A stretch of DNA of 63,992 nt, counting the filler, from an uncultured Acidimicrobiia bacterium (GTDB lineage: Bacteria; Actinomycetota; Acidimicrobiia; Spongiisociales; JAOTWH01): assembly GCA_964347285.1 (NCBI GenBank). It is 5 parts of 5 records of this genome, joined end to end, with 100 filler letters (N's around TTAATTAATTAA, not from the genome) between each part and the next. Parts side by side here need not be neighbours in the genome. Positions count along the whole stretch, not along the records: positions 13,221 to 26,251 come from CAYFYE010000070.1; positions 26,352 to 39,029 come from CAYFYE010000072.1; 3 more parts are not named here. One strand, 5' to 3'. The notes under the pieces were generated by a model. It saw only the letters and a list, made by a program, of their open reading frames with translations, did no database searches and was not told where the DNA came from. A program made the translations under genes and the position numbers. Shown here one piece after another: positions 17,829 to 27,632 of the stretch. Within the stretch, counting starts at the first letter, position 1. Each line of letters starts with the position of its first letter.

Positions 17829-19670
17829 ATGAGTGGCGGAGTTGCCCCGGTGTCGGCCATCGCCGGCATCGACGGGTGCGGCAAGACGTCCACGTTTCGA
17901 GACGTGGTCGAGGAACTGGCGCTCTCCATCCCCGTGGTCGGCATCGGCGAACTGGTGCTGCGCGGTGGCCCCGGCGCCCCACTCGCACCACGTACGGACA
18001 TCCCCCTGTCCCGCTCGGCCAGAGTGGTCGGCAGCATCGCCAAGCGGCGCCGCGTGCCGGTGCTGTACAAGAACCTCAAGTTCCTGGAGTTCATCGAGCG
18101 GACCCGAATACGCGATCACGTACTCGCCCGCGACCCCCCGGCCGCCGTCGTCACCGACGGCGACCCGTTGGTGAACGTCGCCGCCTGGGCGGCGGCGCGT
18201 TTCTACCGCGATGAGCTGGCGGAAGACGACCAACTGCTCTTTGCGGCACTCCACTACATGGCCGGCGATTGGCGGATCCCGGCCGGCGAGATGCGCTACT
18301 ACTTGGGTCATGCCTGGCAGCTCGTCCTGCTGAACCGGCTCCACCTGGCCCGCTTCCGGTTTCCCGACCAAGTGTTTCTTCTCGAGATCGACCCGGCCGT
18401 CTCTATGGAACGCATCCGAGCCCGGGGCAGGCCGCTGCAGGCACATGAGAACGTGCAGTTTCTGGGGCTCCTGTCGGAGGCCTACCAGAGGGTCTGCGCC
18501 GTTCTCGAGGGACGGTGCGGAGTTCCGGTCGTGAGGATTCGCGTGGATCAGCAGCGGCACGGGGAAACGGTGAAGCAGGTCGCGGAAGCGGTACTCGCAC
18601 GGGTGTCCGAAGGTGCCGAGGCCGCGGAAGCCGAAAGCTATGCCCCCGATTCGATCGAGATCATCGCCACGACGATGTCGGGGTCGATCGAAGATCAGCG
18701 CAAGGTGGGCAGGATCGGACCGGAGTTTCAAGCCCGAGGAAGCATGCCGGCGCGCGTGCATCTGGCCCGCAGCCATTCCCAAGCCGCGGCCCTGGCCCAC
18801 CGGATCGTGGCCGGTGGAGGCCGAACCATCGTGTCGGCGGGCGGCGCCGGCACCTTCAACGCGGTTTTGGAGGGCAGTCACATCGACGGCAGCGTGCCCG
18901 CCGATCTGCGGCTCGCCTTTCTCCGCAAGGGCTCCGCCGACCTCATCGGTAAGGCCCTCAACATTCCCGATGATCTCCCGGCGGCGGTCGAGGCCATCGA
19001 GTCCGGAATCGCCACGGACCGCTGCGTCGCCGCCGACGTTCTGACGATCGAGGCGGAGGCACCGGACGGTGGCAGGGAGCGGAGACACATGGTGGGCTTC
19101 GGGGGCGTCGGGGTGTTCGGTGATGTTCCCCGGTTCACCGAGACCCGGATCATCAAGTTCTACAAGGGCATCCTGGGCTCTCTGTTCGGGGACCTGGGCC
19201 CGTTCTACGTCGGCCTGGCTCTCGCTGCGTTGTGGTGGTGGGTCCGTCACCTCTTCCGCCGGACACCGCACAGCGCGTTGTCCCTGGATGGAGACACCTT
19301 GCCGCCCGACGATTGGGCGGCCGTCATTCTGCTCAACGGCGACCTCGGGAAGGACTTCCCGCTGGGCCGGGGCCTGAGTCTGGGGAGTGGCTCCTTCCGT
19401 GTTGTGGCCTTGCGCTATCGGGGGGTCCGCCGCATCCTCGGTCAGATCGACTCCTGCCGGACCGCAACCGTGCTCGACCGCCCCGACGACTACGCAGCCA
19501 TCGTGCGAGAGGTTCGCACCCTCGGTATACGGCCCATCGGGTCTTGCCCGCCCCAGATGATCAATGTCGACGGCCTGCGGATGATGGCAAGCGGCGAGGT
19601 GCGAGTATCGGTATCGGACCGAGTCCAACTCGTGGCGGGCTGGCCGGCGCCGGATCGACACGACCAATAA
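17829..19670 (+). CDS. Fusion of a thymidylate-kinase-like P-loop domain and a diacylglycerol/sphingosine-kinase-like domain
   Basis: N-terminal GIDGCGKT and PDQVFLLEIDP; C-terminal SAGGAGTFNAVLEG, KGSADLIGKALNIP and INVDG; GGAGG RBS. Confidence 0.75.
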   Translation: MSGGVAPVSAIAGIDGCGKTSTFRDVVEELALSIPVVGIGELVLRGGPGAPLAPRTDIPLSRSARVVGSIAKRRRVPVLYKNLKFLEFIERTRIRDHVLARDPPAAVVTDGDPLVNVAAWAAARFYRDELAEDDQLLFAALHYMAGDWRIPAGEMRYYLGHAWQLVLLNRLHLARFRFPDQVFLLEIDPAVSMERIRARGRPLQAHENVQFLGLLSEAYQRVCAVLEGRCGVPVVRIRVDQQRHGETVKQVAEAVLARVSEGAEAAEAESYAPDSIEIIATTMSGSIEDQRKVGRIGPEFQARGSMPARVHLARSHSQAAALAHRIVAGGGRTIVSAGGAGTFNAVLEGSHIDGSVPADLRLAFLRKGSADLIGKALNIPDDLPAAVEAIESGIATDRCVAADVLTIEAEAPDGGRERRHMVGFGGVGVFGDVPRFTETRIIKFYKGILGSLFGDLGPFYVGLALAALWWWVRHLFRRTPHSALSLDGDTLPPDDWAAVILLNGDLGKDFPLGRGLSLGSGSFRVVALRYRGVRRILGQIDSCRTATVLDRPDDYAAIVREVRTLGIRPIGSCPPQMINVDGLRMMASGEVRVSVSDRVQLVAGWPAPDRHDQ

Positions 19671-20344
19671 TCCGGCGACCGGGATCGCCGTGAACACGCC
19701 GGTCGACCTCCCGAAGGGCGCCCGCGATGCCCGCGATGAGGAGCAGCGGCGTCATGCACTCGGGCAACGAGATAGGAGCGGGGCGTAGGAGGGGCTCTGG
19801 CAAGCGGCCGCCGTGCGCCTCCGAAAGCATTCGTTGACCCCGGCGCACAGGGCGGTGAGGTTGCCTGAGGCGAAGATGACGAGCGGCAGCCCAGGTTAGG
19901 TTCCGAACCTTCCCGGAGATTCCGCTAGGCGACTTCGATCAGCGCTGGGACGGTCGCCAATGCGCCGACGATCACAAAGGCCATGTAGAGGCCGAGCGCG
20001 AGTGTCGCCTCGGCCTCGTTTCCCACCCTGAGACCCTCTTTGCGGAAGCCGGGCAGTTTGAGATCCTGCCGCCCACCGGTGTCGACGTGCAGCGTCCCGC
20101 CGATCAACGCCGGGTAGGCGGCCACCACGAGTTGTCGATCAGCATCGGGATGCCTGCCGTCGGAAGCGTCCACATCGAGAGCAGATCCCACGTCTGGCCG
20201 CGAAATCCGAGCCAAGCAGAATGCCGGATTTCGCACGCCTGGTCGGGTGTGGACAGTTCCAGGTGCTGTGTGTCATGTGTCGCGGCCCGGCGCTCGGCGA
20301 TCACGTTTTGCCGAATACCGGATGTACGGTTGGCGGTCGAGCTA

Positions 20345-21103
20345 TTACACGATGCCGCCGACAATGAGCCAGGTGCCCCATGTGATCAACCCGGCTCCCA
20401 GCACCCTGGTCAGCACGTCACCGCGCGGCGCCACTTTTTCGACGAGCACGATCGCGGCCAGGACCGCCACCCACACCAGGTTCATCACACCGAGCACAAA
20501 CAACAGCACCATCAGCGCCCAGCAGCATGCCACGCAGTACACGCCGTGGCGGAGCCCCATCACCAGGGCTCCACGTATACCGTCGCGCCATTGCGTCATG
20601 AGGAACCCGAGCGGCGTCCGGCACTTCCCGAGGCACGCCTGCTTGAGCTTCGTGGCCTGGAAGACTCCCGCCCCGGCGAGGAGAACCCCGGCGACCGGCG
20701 TTGTGGCCACACCCATCGGAGACACCAGCGCGACATTGTGCAAGGCCCACTGGGCCGCCGCCGCCAGCACTGCGAAGCCCGTCCAGGCAACGAGGTAGCC
20801 AGCCGTGAACACCGAGGTCGATCCGTTCAGCGCACCACTCTCGATAAACGATCGGTACGAGAGGATCATTGGGCTGGCCGAAGGCAGCATCATGCCGATC
20901 ATCATCACGGCCCACATCGTGGCCATGAACGCCCAGTCCCGGACCGTCCAATCGGCGGTCATCGGCATTGCCAGCGAGGAGCCCATTTCGCCCATCGCTG
21001 CGGCCAGGGCGAAGAGGTACGCCCACGCCACGGCGACCACGGCAAAAAGGACGGCGCCGACGACTGCGCGTTCGACTCGGAGGTCCCTGCGGACGGTCAG
21101 CAT
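20345..21103 (-). CDS. DUF2182 predicted metal-binding membrane protein
   Basis: MWAVMMIGMMLPS, KQACLGKCRTP and YCVACCWALM. Confidence 0.9.
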   Translation of the reverse strand: MLTVRRDLRVERAVVGAVLFAVVAVAWAYLFALAAAMGEMGSSLAMPMTADWTVRDWAFMATMWAVMMIGMMLPSASPMILSYRSFIESGALNGSTSVFTAGYLVAWTGFAVLAAAAQWALHNVALVSPMGVATTPVAGVLLAGAGVFQATKLKQACLGKCRTPLGFLMTQWRDGIRGALVMGLRHGVYCVACCWALMVLLFVLGVMNLVWVAVLAAIVLVEKVAPRGDVLTRVLGAGLITWGTWLIVGGIV

Positions 21104-21112
21104 CCCTGGCGT

Positions 21113-21709
21113 CTACCCGCTGTACTGGAACGCAGACGTGAACGCGTTCTTCCCGGCGAGCTCCCATGAGAAGCCATGGTCCTTGTACCTCAGGTGTTCC
21201 GAGCGTCCTGCCAGGGCAGGGTTCCCGGGGGCGACTGCCAGTGGATGCCCACTGATCTCGACCGGGCCGCCGTCCTGCCCTTCCATCGCTTTCGTCGCAA
21301 CCGAGGCCACCTCTCCTACTCTGAGCGACCGAGCAGTCCCGTTCATCTCGAACGTGATGGGTGCCGGACCAGCCCCCAGAACTTCTCCGATATGTTCGCC
21401 GAGCGCGGCCGGAACGCCGCCCAGCCGTCCACCGAAGATCTGGCCGAGGGCACCCATCTGTTCCTCGCTGGCCCGATCATCCAGATACAGCGCCACCTGC
21501 CAGGGCGTCTCGAGCATGTGGCCCGGCGAGTAGGCCGCCATGGCGACGTTCAGCCCATCAAGGGACAGGTCGTCGAGCGCCCCCTCATCGATATGCCATC
21601 CCACCAGAACCGTGCAGTGGCCCTCGGTGGGTGGCCCCAAGAAGACGCAGGGACACGCCGTCTCGCAGTTGCACGACTCAAAGTACGTACCGCTCAGATG
21701 CCAGGCCAT
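21113..21709 (-). CDS. DUF1326 family protein
   Basis: GTYFESCNCETACPC, LYLDDRA and IFGG; GGAGGGAG RBS. Confidence 0.9.
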   Translation of the reverse strand: MAWHLSGTYFESCNCETACPCVFLGPPTEGHCTVLVGWHIDEGALDDLSLDGLNVAMAAYSPGHMLETPWQVALYLDDRASEEQMGALGQIFGGRLGGVPAALGEHIGEVLGAGPAPITFEMNGTARSLRVGEVASVATKAMEGQDGGPVEISGHPLAVAPGNPALAGRSEHLRYKDHGFSWELAGKNAFTSAFQYSG

Positions 21710-21740
21710 GTCTCCCTCCCGGTTGAGGCCGCTGGTGCGG

Positions 21741-21770
21741 AGCCTATGGGGCAAAGCCTCTGGTGTGCAA
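21741..21770 (-). promoter_or_regulatory. Putative housekeeping-sigma promoter for DUF1326-DUF2182
   Basis: TTGCAC-N18-TAGGCT on the minus strand. Confidence 0.45.
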
Positions 21771-21924
21771 CCTCGACAGGTCTCGTTCCCAGGCCCAACC
21801 CGCAAATCGTCGGCAAGCGTGATGACACCGAGGCGGCGAGCTCGAAAGGAACTGGCCGCCGCTGATCTCGATCGACGGATCCCCGAAGTCGTCCGCGCTG
21901 GGTTCGTTGCCGTACACCACTGCG

Positions 21925-23805
21925 TCACCGGCGTTCTTGTCTCGGATGCGGTTCCGGAACACGTCTGCGTCCGGCGACGGGGTGGACGCGCCTATTCCCT
22001 CTCTTCAAGCACACCTGTTCGGTGGCCAGAGTGATCACGTACAGATCTATCGACTCGGTACCGCTATCGCGATTGGACGCAACGGCAATCTCGGTCCCTG
22101 TCGGAGACCCCCGCGGGTAGATATCGACCCGCGGATCATGAGTGATGCGTGCGATGCCGGTCCCGTCTGCGGCCATCGTGTCGATCTCGTTCGCGGTCGC
22201 GAAGAAGTGCCTCTGCGCAGGCTCGCCGACGCGGTCTGCGGTGCCGGAATCGACCGTCCCGGACACGGCCTCGCGATGGGTGACCTGAGCCGTGTCGTCC
22301 TCGAACACGAACCGAATGGTCCCCCGCTCCACCTGGCCGACGACCTGGTACTCCACCAGGAACGTCCGGTCATCCAGCCATGTGCCGCGCAGCGCCACCG
22401 GCATCTCCTCGTTGGTGACGAAGCGGCCGTCCAACCCGACCTTCACCGCCAGCGGCGCCGGGCCTCCCTCCAACTCGAGAAACGCGGTGGTGGCGTCGAA
22501 GTCGATGACGAACCCGTCGTCCGCAGGCTCCTCGTCGCGGAACTCGTAGCGGACACCGTCGACCGTCGCGGCCATCACGGGAAGCTCCACAGGCAGCGGC
22601 TCCGGGCCGGATCGGGCTTCGGCCGCTGCAGCGGCGAGGCGCGCTTGGGCGTCGGGGTTGGCGGGCAGCGGTTCGTCGCCGATCACCGCCGGGCGCACGT
22701 ACGAGTTCACGAGCGCCTCGGGCCGGCCGAAGGCGGTGCCTCCCAGGCCGGAGGTGAACACCACGACCAGGTGGTCGTCAGGCAGCACGACGATGTACTG
22801 GCCGCCGAACCCGAGCGCCATCGCATAGCCGCCGTCGTCGACCCACCACTGGTACCCGTAGCTTTCGGAGAGGGTCCCCGCGGGGATTTGTGCCGTGGTG
22901 GCGACCTCCACCCAGGCGGCAGAGACGAGTCGACGGCCGTCCCACTCGCCGTTGCGCAGATAGAGGTACCCGATCTTCGCCAGGTCGGCGGGCCGGAGCA
23001 CCAGCTCGCCCCAGCCCACGGTGATGCCGTCGGGGCTCGCCGGCCACGTGTAGTCGGTGATGCCGAGGGGCCCGAACAAGACCTCGGCGGCGAACTCCGA
23101 CGCCGGCATCCCGGTGACTTCGGACAGGATCGCCGACAGCAGCAACGACGCCCCGTTGCAGTACTCGAAGCGGGTGCCTGGCTCGCCGGCCATCGGGAGA
23201 GCGAGGACGTGTTCCGTCCAGTTGTCGCTCTCTTGCATCTCCCGCAAGCCCTGCCATTCGTAGAGGTACGAGTCGCGGCAATCGAGGCCCGTCGACATCG
23301 TGAGCAGGTCCTCGACGGTCATCGACGCCTTGCGGTCGTCGACGGTTCCCGGCGCGGCATTGGCCAGGATCTCGACCACTGGGACGTCGACGCCTGGCAG
23401 CAGACCGCGGCCGATGGCGATGCCGATGAGCGTGCTCACGACGCTCTTCGTGCAAGAGTGGACGTTGTGTCCGGTGTCCTCGGGGAACGGGTACACCACC
23501 GTATCCAGCACGGCGTACCCGTTGCGGATGACCATCACGCTGTCGATACCGCCGACCTCAATGATGCGCTCCACCAAGTCGGCGAGCTTGCCCGAGTCCA
23601 TGCCCTGTTCTTCGGGCGTGGACCGCCCCCATCCGTCGCTCGGCCAGTTGGCCGGCGCGCTGGCGGTCGTGGTGATGGTGGTGGGCGCCGACATCGTGGT
23701 GGTGGTCGTCGCGGCCGCCGTGGGGGGAGGGGCGGGCTTGGAACCGGCATCGCCGCAGGCGCCGATCAGCAGCGCCAGACAGGCGGCGGCGGCAACCGTT
23801 CTCAT
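21925..23805 (-). CDS. Serine hydrolase (beta-lactamase class C-like) lipoprotein with degenerate TolB-like tail
   Basis: Lipobox IGAC, Thr-rich linker, SCTK (SxxK), YCN, LLTMSTGL, PLGI and YGYQWW. Confidence 0.85.
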   Translation of the reverse strand: MRTVAAAACLALLIGACGDAGSKPAPPPTAAATTTTTMSAPTTITTTASAPANWPSDGWGRSTPEEQGMDSGKLADLVERIIEVGGIDSVMVIRNGYAVLDTVVYPFPEDTGHNVHSCTKSVVSTLIGIAIGRGLLPGVDVPVVEILANAAPGTVDDRKASMTVEDLLTMSTGLDCRDSYLYEWQGLREMQESDNWTEHVLALPMAGEPGTRFEYCNGASLLLSAILSEVTGMPASEFAAEVLFGPLGITDYTWPASPDGITVGWGELVLRPADLAKIGYLYLRNGEWDGRRLVSAAWVEVATTAQIPAGTLSESYGYQWWVDDGGYAMALGFGGQYIVVLPDDHLVVVFTSGLGGTAFGRPEALVNSYVRPAVIGDEPLPANPDAQARLAAAAAEARSGPEPLPVELPVMAATVDGVRYEFRDEEPADDGFVIDFDATTAFLELEGGPAPLAVKVGLDGRFVTNEEMPVALRGTWLDDRTFLVEYQVVGQVERGTIRFVFEDDTAQVTHREAVSGTVDSGTADRVGEPAQRHFFATANEIDTMAADGTGIARITHDPRVDIYPRGSPTGTEIAVASNRDSGTESIDLYVITLATEQVCLKRGNRRVHPVAGRRRVPEPHPRQERR

Positions 23806-24279
23806 CGGCGTGTCCCCACGAGGAGCAGCAGGTGCTCCTTGCCGGCTCGTGGATCGTGCGCCGCCGTGACCACCCAGAACTCCTCGCCGACTTCGAACAA
23901 GCCGTTGAAGCACCCCTCCGGCGTGGATGACAACTCCATGACTTGCCAGTCGAAGTCGGCGGATTCGATGCCCACGGGCGGCNNNNNNNNNNNNNNNNNN
24001 NNNNNNNNNNNNNNNNNNNNNNNNNNNNNNNNNNNNNNNNNNNNNNNNNNNNNNNNNNNNNNNNNNNNNNNNNNNNNNNNNNTGGTCGTTGCGGACGGCC
24101 ACGTCACGGGGGCGGCCACCAGACTGCTCGGAGGTGCTTCGGTCAGGTCGGCCGGCGGCGGCTCCCGCTGAGCAGCATCGCGGTCGTCCACCACCGGCCC
24201 CAGGCCCCCGATGGGGAGCAGCACGGCGGGCCGCAGCAGCCGCCGTCACCGGGCCCCTGCGCAGCGGTATGTCGGCCAT
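23802..24279 (-). CDS. Hypothetical protein spanning a scaffold gap, probably frameshifted
   Basis: GAGG RBS with ATG at 24279; the 3' part ends in an ATGA overlap with the serine hydrolase start; interrupted by N 23983-24082. Confidence 0.3.
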
Positions 24280-24669
24280 TGCCTTTCCCTCACCACCATG
24301 AGGCCACACCGCCCCAAGCACGACTAGAGGCTTTCGGAGCGTCTCAGGAAAGCATCGGCGTCGTGTCGACGCCCGCTGGGCGCCTCCGAGCTGACGCTCA
24401 GGCCGTCCGTCATTGCCAAGATCGGGTTGCTGTACCTGTGGAACCGAAAGCTTGATCGTTGAAGCAAGCTCGACGGTCGAGTCCGAGACCCTTGTCTTTG
24501 CTAGGCGGAACTTGCCATGAGGGACCCTTCCGGCGGGATCCTTCGTGTGGATTTCGCGCTCTCTACGAACAATCGTGAACCCTCGCCCAGCCGTTGGGCA
24601 CCTCACCGGGCCGCTGATCGCCGGCTCCTTTGGAGGGCCTTCTGGGGAGAAGTCCGATGGGTGGGAGGA

Positions 24670-25281
24670 TCAGCTGGTGGAGCTGGGCGTCGCCTCGCCC
24701 TTGGCGACGATGACACCAGCATCCCAGCCGGGGCCACGGCCATTGCGGGGTGGCTGGATCTCATCCATCGGGACCCCGCTCTTGGCCAACAGCCACGAGA
24801 TGACTGAGTTCGAGTTCCACATCTCACCCGTGCCCCATTCGTCACGTCCCCAAGTGAGGCGGGGTACCGATTCAGTGGCGTCGAGCAGAGCCTCGACTTG
24901 ATGCTTGTTGCGGCTCACCCGTTGCGGTCCGCCGACCGCCTCCGCAGCGTCTGGCAGTAACCCATTTCGCCAACAACGCACCTCGTAGAGGAACAAGGGC
25001 GTGCGCCCCAACCAGCGGCTGAACACCGGGCCGACCACGACGACGCCCCTGGTGGCCGTATTGATGTCAGGGCTGGGCCACATCGTCTCGACAACGAATT
25101 CTCCATCCGGCACCTTCACCAAGAGAGCGGTGTGATACAGGTCCAACGGGCGGCGTCTCTCGGTCAGGGCTTTCAGCCTCTCATACACCCGTCCATTGAA
25201 GCGAACCCATCCAGAGCCTCCCGCACCGAGCGGGATCCACAGCAGGTCGATGGCGAATGGGGCGCGGCCGTCATCTGACAT
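24670..25281 (-). CDS. Hypothetical protein, possible permuted papain-like fold
   Basis: AGGTGAG RBS, protein-like composition, LYHTAL and WNSNSVISWLL motifs. Confidence 0.65.
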   Translation of the reverse strand: MSDDGRAPFAIDLLWIPLGAGGSGWVRFNGRVYERLKALTERRRPLDLYHTALLVKVPDGEFVVETMWPSPDINTATRGVVVVGPVFSRWLGRTPLFLYEVRCWRNGLLPDAAEAVGGPQRVSRNKHQVEALLDATESVPRLTWGRDEWGTGEMWNSNSVISWLLAKSGVPMDEIQPPRNGRGPGWDAGVIVAKGEATPSSTS

Positions 25282-25428
25282 TGCTCACCTGTTCTTAGCA
25301 GCTCCATCGGTGTACAGCGCCGACCTCTGATCGTTCGCGGCGCCGGCCTGATCCCATGAAAAGAAGGACTGCACCCGGGCTGTATCCGATGCGGTGACGG
25401 CTCTGGTTGCGTATTTCGATCAGCTCCT

Positions 25429-26127
25429 TCACATCACCGGATGAGCCGCCGACAACCGGTATGACTGGAGCCGGCTTTCGGGCTGATAGGTGACGAGAAG
25501 CGCCGCCAGATCGGTAAGCGCCGACTCTATGTCGTCGGCGGCACCGTCGTGGTGGGCTTCGGTCACGAAGAGAGCTTCAACCGTGTCCGCCCTAGTGGCA
25601 CTCTGGGAACTCTGGCGCCAGCACCAGCGGCGGGCACTGACGACGTTAACCACGTCCACGAATACCACTTCGCCGGGTTCTGGGTTCACCGTCTCGACCG
25701 ACCCCAGGTCGGTGAACACTTCATCGCCGGCGGCAAATCGGACCGTGGTCGGCGCAGTGATCCCCCCCTGATCGAACACGGCGACGGGGAGCGCATGACG
25801 GATGGAGACGAGGTTGCCGATGTCGACCAGGGTATTGATGCTGGGGATATCGCCCTGCTTGTCCAACCGCCTGAGCAGGGCCTCGGCTGCGGCCCGGTGC
25901 TGTGTCGGCTTGACGCCGAACTGAGAGAAAGCTCTGCGCCACGCCGAGATCGACGGGATCTCCGCTATCGGCGTCGCGGCCAGGCGCGCTGCAGCCGAGC
26001 GCTGTTCGGCGCGATAGTCGTCTATGAGCTGCGGCGGGCTGGGGCCATTGCTGAGGTTGGCGGCATGAATGATTCCGGCCTGGATCGTCGGGAAGCGCTC
26101 GATGATGGCGGGGGCATAGCCGAACAT
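25429..26127 (-). CDS. Stand-alone B3/4 domain protein (tRNA-editing family)
   Basis: AWRRAF..FGVKP, EALLRR, INTLVDIGNLVS and RRWCWRQS. Confidence 0.88.
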   Translation of the reverse strand: MFGYAPAIIERFPTIQAGIIHAANLSNGPSPPQLIDDYRAEQRSAAARLAATPIAEIPSISAWRRAFSQFGVKPTQHRAAAEALLRRLDKQGDIPSINTLVDIGNLVSIRHALPVAVFDQGGITAPTTVRFAAGDEVFTDLGSVETVNPEPGEVVFVDVVNVVSARRWCWRQSSQSATRADTVEALFVTEAHHDGAADDIESALTDLAALLVTYQPESRLQSYRLSAAHPVM

Positions 26128-26251
26128 GGTGCAGCCCAGGGTATGCGATGTGACCGTGTGGCACCGGCTGGTGGCGCCATGTCGGAACGTAAACCGAGCC
26201 AAGCAGAATGCCGTTTCGGCTCGGCAGCGGGGGCTCGATCTTGCTCGAGGT

Positions 26252-26351
26252 NNNNNNNNNNNNNNNNNNNNNNNNNNNNNNNNNNNNNNNNNNNNTTAAT
26301 TAATTAANNNNNNNNNNNNNNNNNNNNNNNNNNNNNNNNNNNNNNNNNNNN
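26252..26351. other. Artificial contig linker
   Basis: N-run + TTAATTAATTAA + N-run. Confidence 0.97.
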
Positions 26352-26435
26352 TCCTACCGAGGGGAGGCTGTGAGCGCCGGCGACGGCGAAGGCGAGGCCG
26401 GCGATGGCGAGGAGGGTGGCCGCAGCGGGTTCCAT
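26352..26435 (-). CDS. N-terminal fragment of a membrane or secreted protein (truncated at contig end)
   Basis: MEPAAATLLAIAGLAFAVAG hydrophobic start downstream of an AT-rich promoter-like stretch. Confidence 0.35.
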
Positions 26436-26509
26436 GCCATCAACATATAGGTAAGAACAGTTGGCCTCAATAGGCTTGATATGGCCGAGGACCGGCGGCG
26501 CCGGTGCCC

Positions 26510-27625
26510 TCAGTCCCGGATCAGATCGAGAAACTCGTGGCGGGTGCGGTCACTGGTCTCGAACGTGCCCCGCATGGCGCTGGTGACCATCGAGCTGTTT
26601 TGCTTCTGCACTCCCCTCATCATCATGCAGAAGTGGTTGCCCTCCATGACCACGCCCACTCCGAGGGGCTGGAGGACTTCCATGAGGCCGTCGGCGATCT
26701 CGTTGGCGAGTCGCTCTTGGACCTGGAGCCGGCGGGCGTAGAGGTCGACCAGGCGGGCGATCTTGGAGAGGCCGATGATTTTTCCATTGGGGAGGTAGCC
26801 GACGGCCGCCCGACCGAAGAACGGCAGGAGATGGTGCTCGCACAACGAGTAGAACTCGATGTCCTTGACCACGACCATCTCGTCGAAGGGTTCTTCGAAG
26901 ATCGCATCATTGACGACCTCTTCGAGGGTGCGGCTGTATCCGGAGGTGAGGAAATCCATCGCCTTGGCCACCCGCAGCGGCGTCCGCCGCAGCCCGTCAC
27001 GTTCCGGGTCTTCCCCGATCTCCACCAGCATGTCGCGCACCAGGGCCTCGAAGTGAGGGGCATACACCTCGTCGGCCCACTCGGCATCCAGCTCGACGGC
27101 GTAGCGGCCGCCGGTCTCGAGACGGGCCAAGTGCCTGCTCATCGGGATGATCTCGGCCCCGGTATCGTCGGACCCCCGCGCCGCCAGGGCCCCCAGCGTC
27201 AAGCCGGTTCCCGGGTCGACCCGGTCGGGGTCTACGTCGGCCATCGGCAGGACCAGATGGGCGTATTTGCCGAGATCGGGATCGGGAATCGGCTCGCCGT
27301 CCAGTTCGAGGGGCTCTCGCCCGTAGAAGCCTATGTCGAGGTCGATCGTACGGGGGGCGAACTTGTCGTCTGTGCGCACCCTCCCCATCTGCTCCTCGAT
27401 CCGGCGCAGCAGCCGCTTCAGGTCCGGCGGGTCCAGGTCGGTCTCGATACGCACCGCCGCATTGTGGAACTGGGGCTGACCCGGCGGGCCCACCGGCTCG
27501 CTGTCGTAGATTCGGCTGACGTTCCGGACGTCGATTCTGGGGTGCCGCTCGAGGGCGCGCACGGCTTCGGGTACGTTGCTCTCCTTGTCGATATTGCTGC
27601 CGATGGAGATCAGAACGTCAGCCAT
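26510..27625 (-). CDS. folKE: Bifunctional HPPK (FolK) / GTP cyclohydrolase I (FolE) fusion
   Basis: N-terminal SIGSNI, FHNAAV and PRTIDLDI; C-terminal [34 protein letters not shown] and HFCMMMRGV. Confidence 0.92.
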   Translation of the reverse strand: MADVLISIGSNIDKESNVPEAVRALERHPRIDVRNVSRIYDSEPVGPPGQPQFHNAAVRIETDLDPPDLKRLLRRIEEQMGRVRTDDKFAPRTIDLDIGFYGREPLELDGEPIPDPDLGKYAHLVLPMADVDPDRVDPGTGLTLGALAARGSDDTGAEIIPMSRHLARLETGGRYAVELDAEWADEVYAPHFEALVRDMLVEIGEDPERDGLRRTPLRVAKAMDFLTSGYSRTLEEVVNDAIFEEPFDEMVVVKDIEFYSLCEHHLLPFFGRAAVGYLPNGKIIGLSKIARLVDLYARRLQVQERLANEIADGLMEVLQPLGVGVVMEGNHFCMMMRGVQKQNSSMVTSAMRGTFETSDRTRHEFLDLIRD

Positions 27626-27632
27626 GCCGCCG

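Noticed and set aside
19925..20236. 103-aa ORF with a hydrophobic C-terminus
   Set aside because: No RBS and no recognisable family. At most a remnant.
10132..21709. Selenoprotein read-through in DUF3179 or DUF1326
   Set aside because: All motif positions are Cys codons, with no in-frame TGA.
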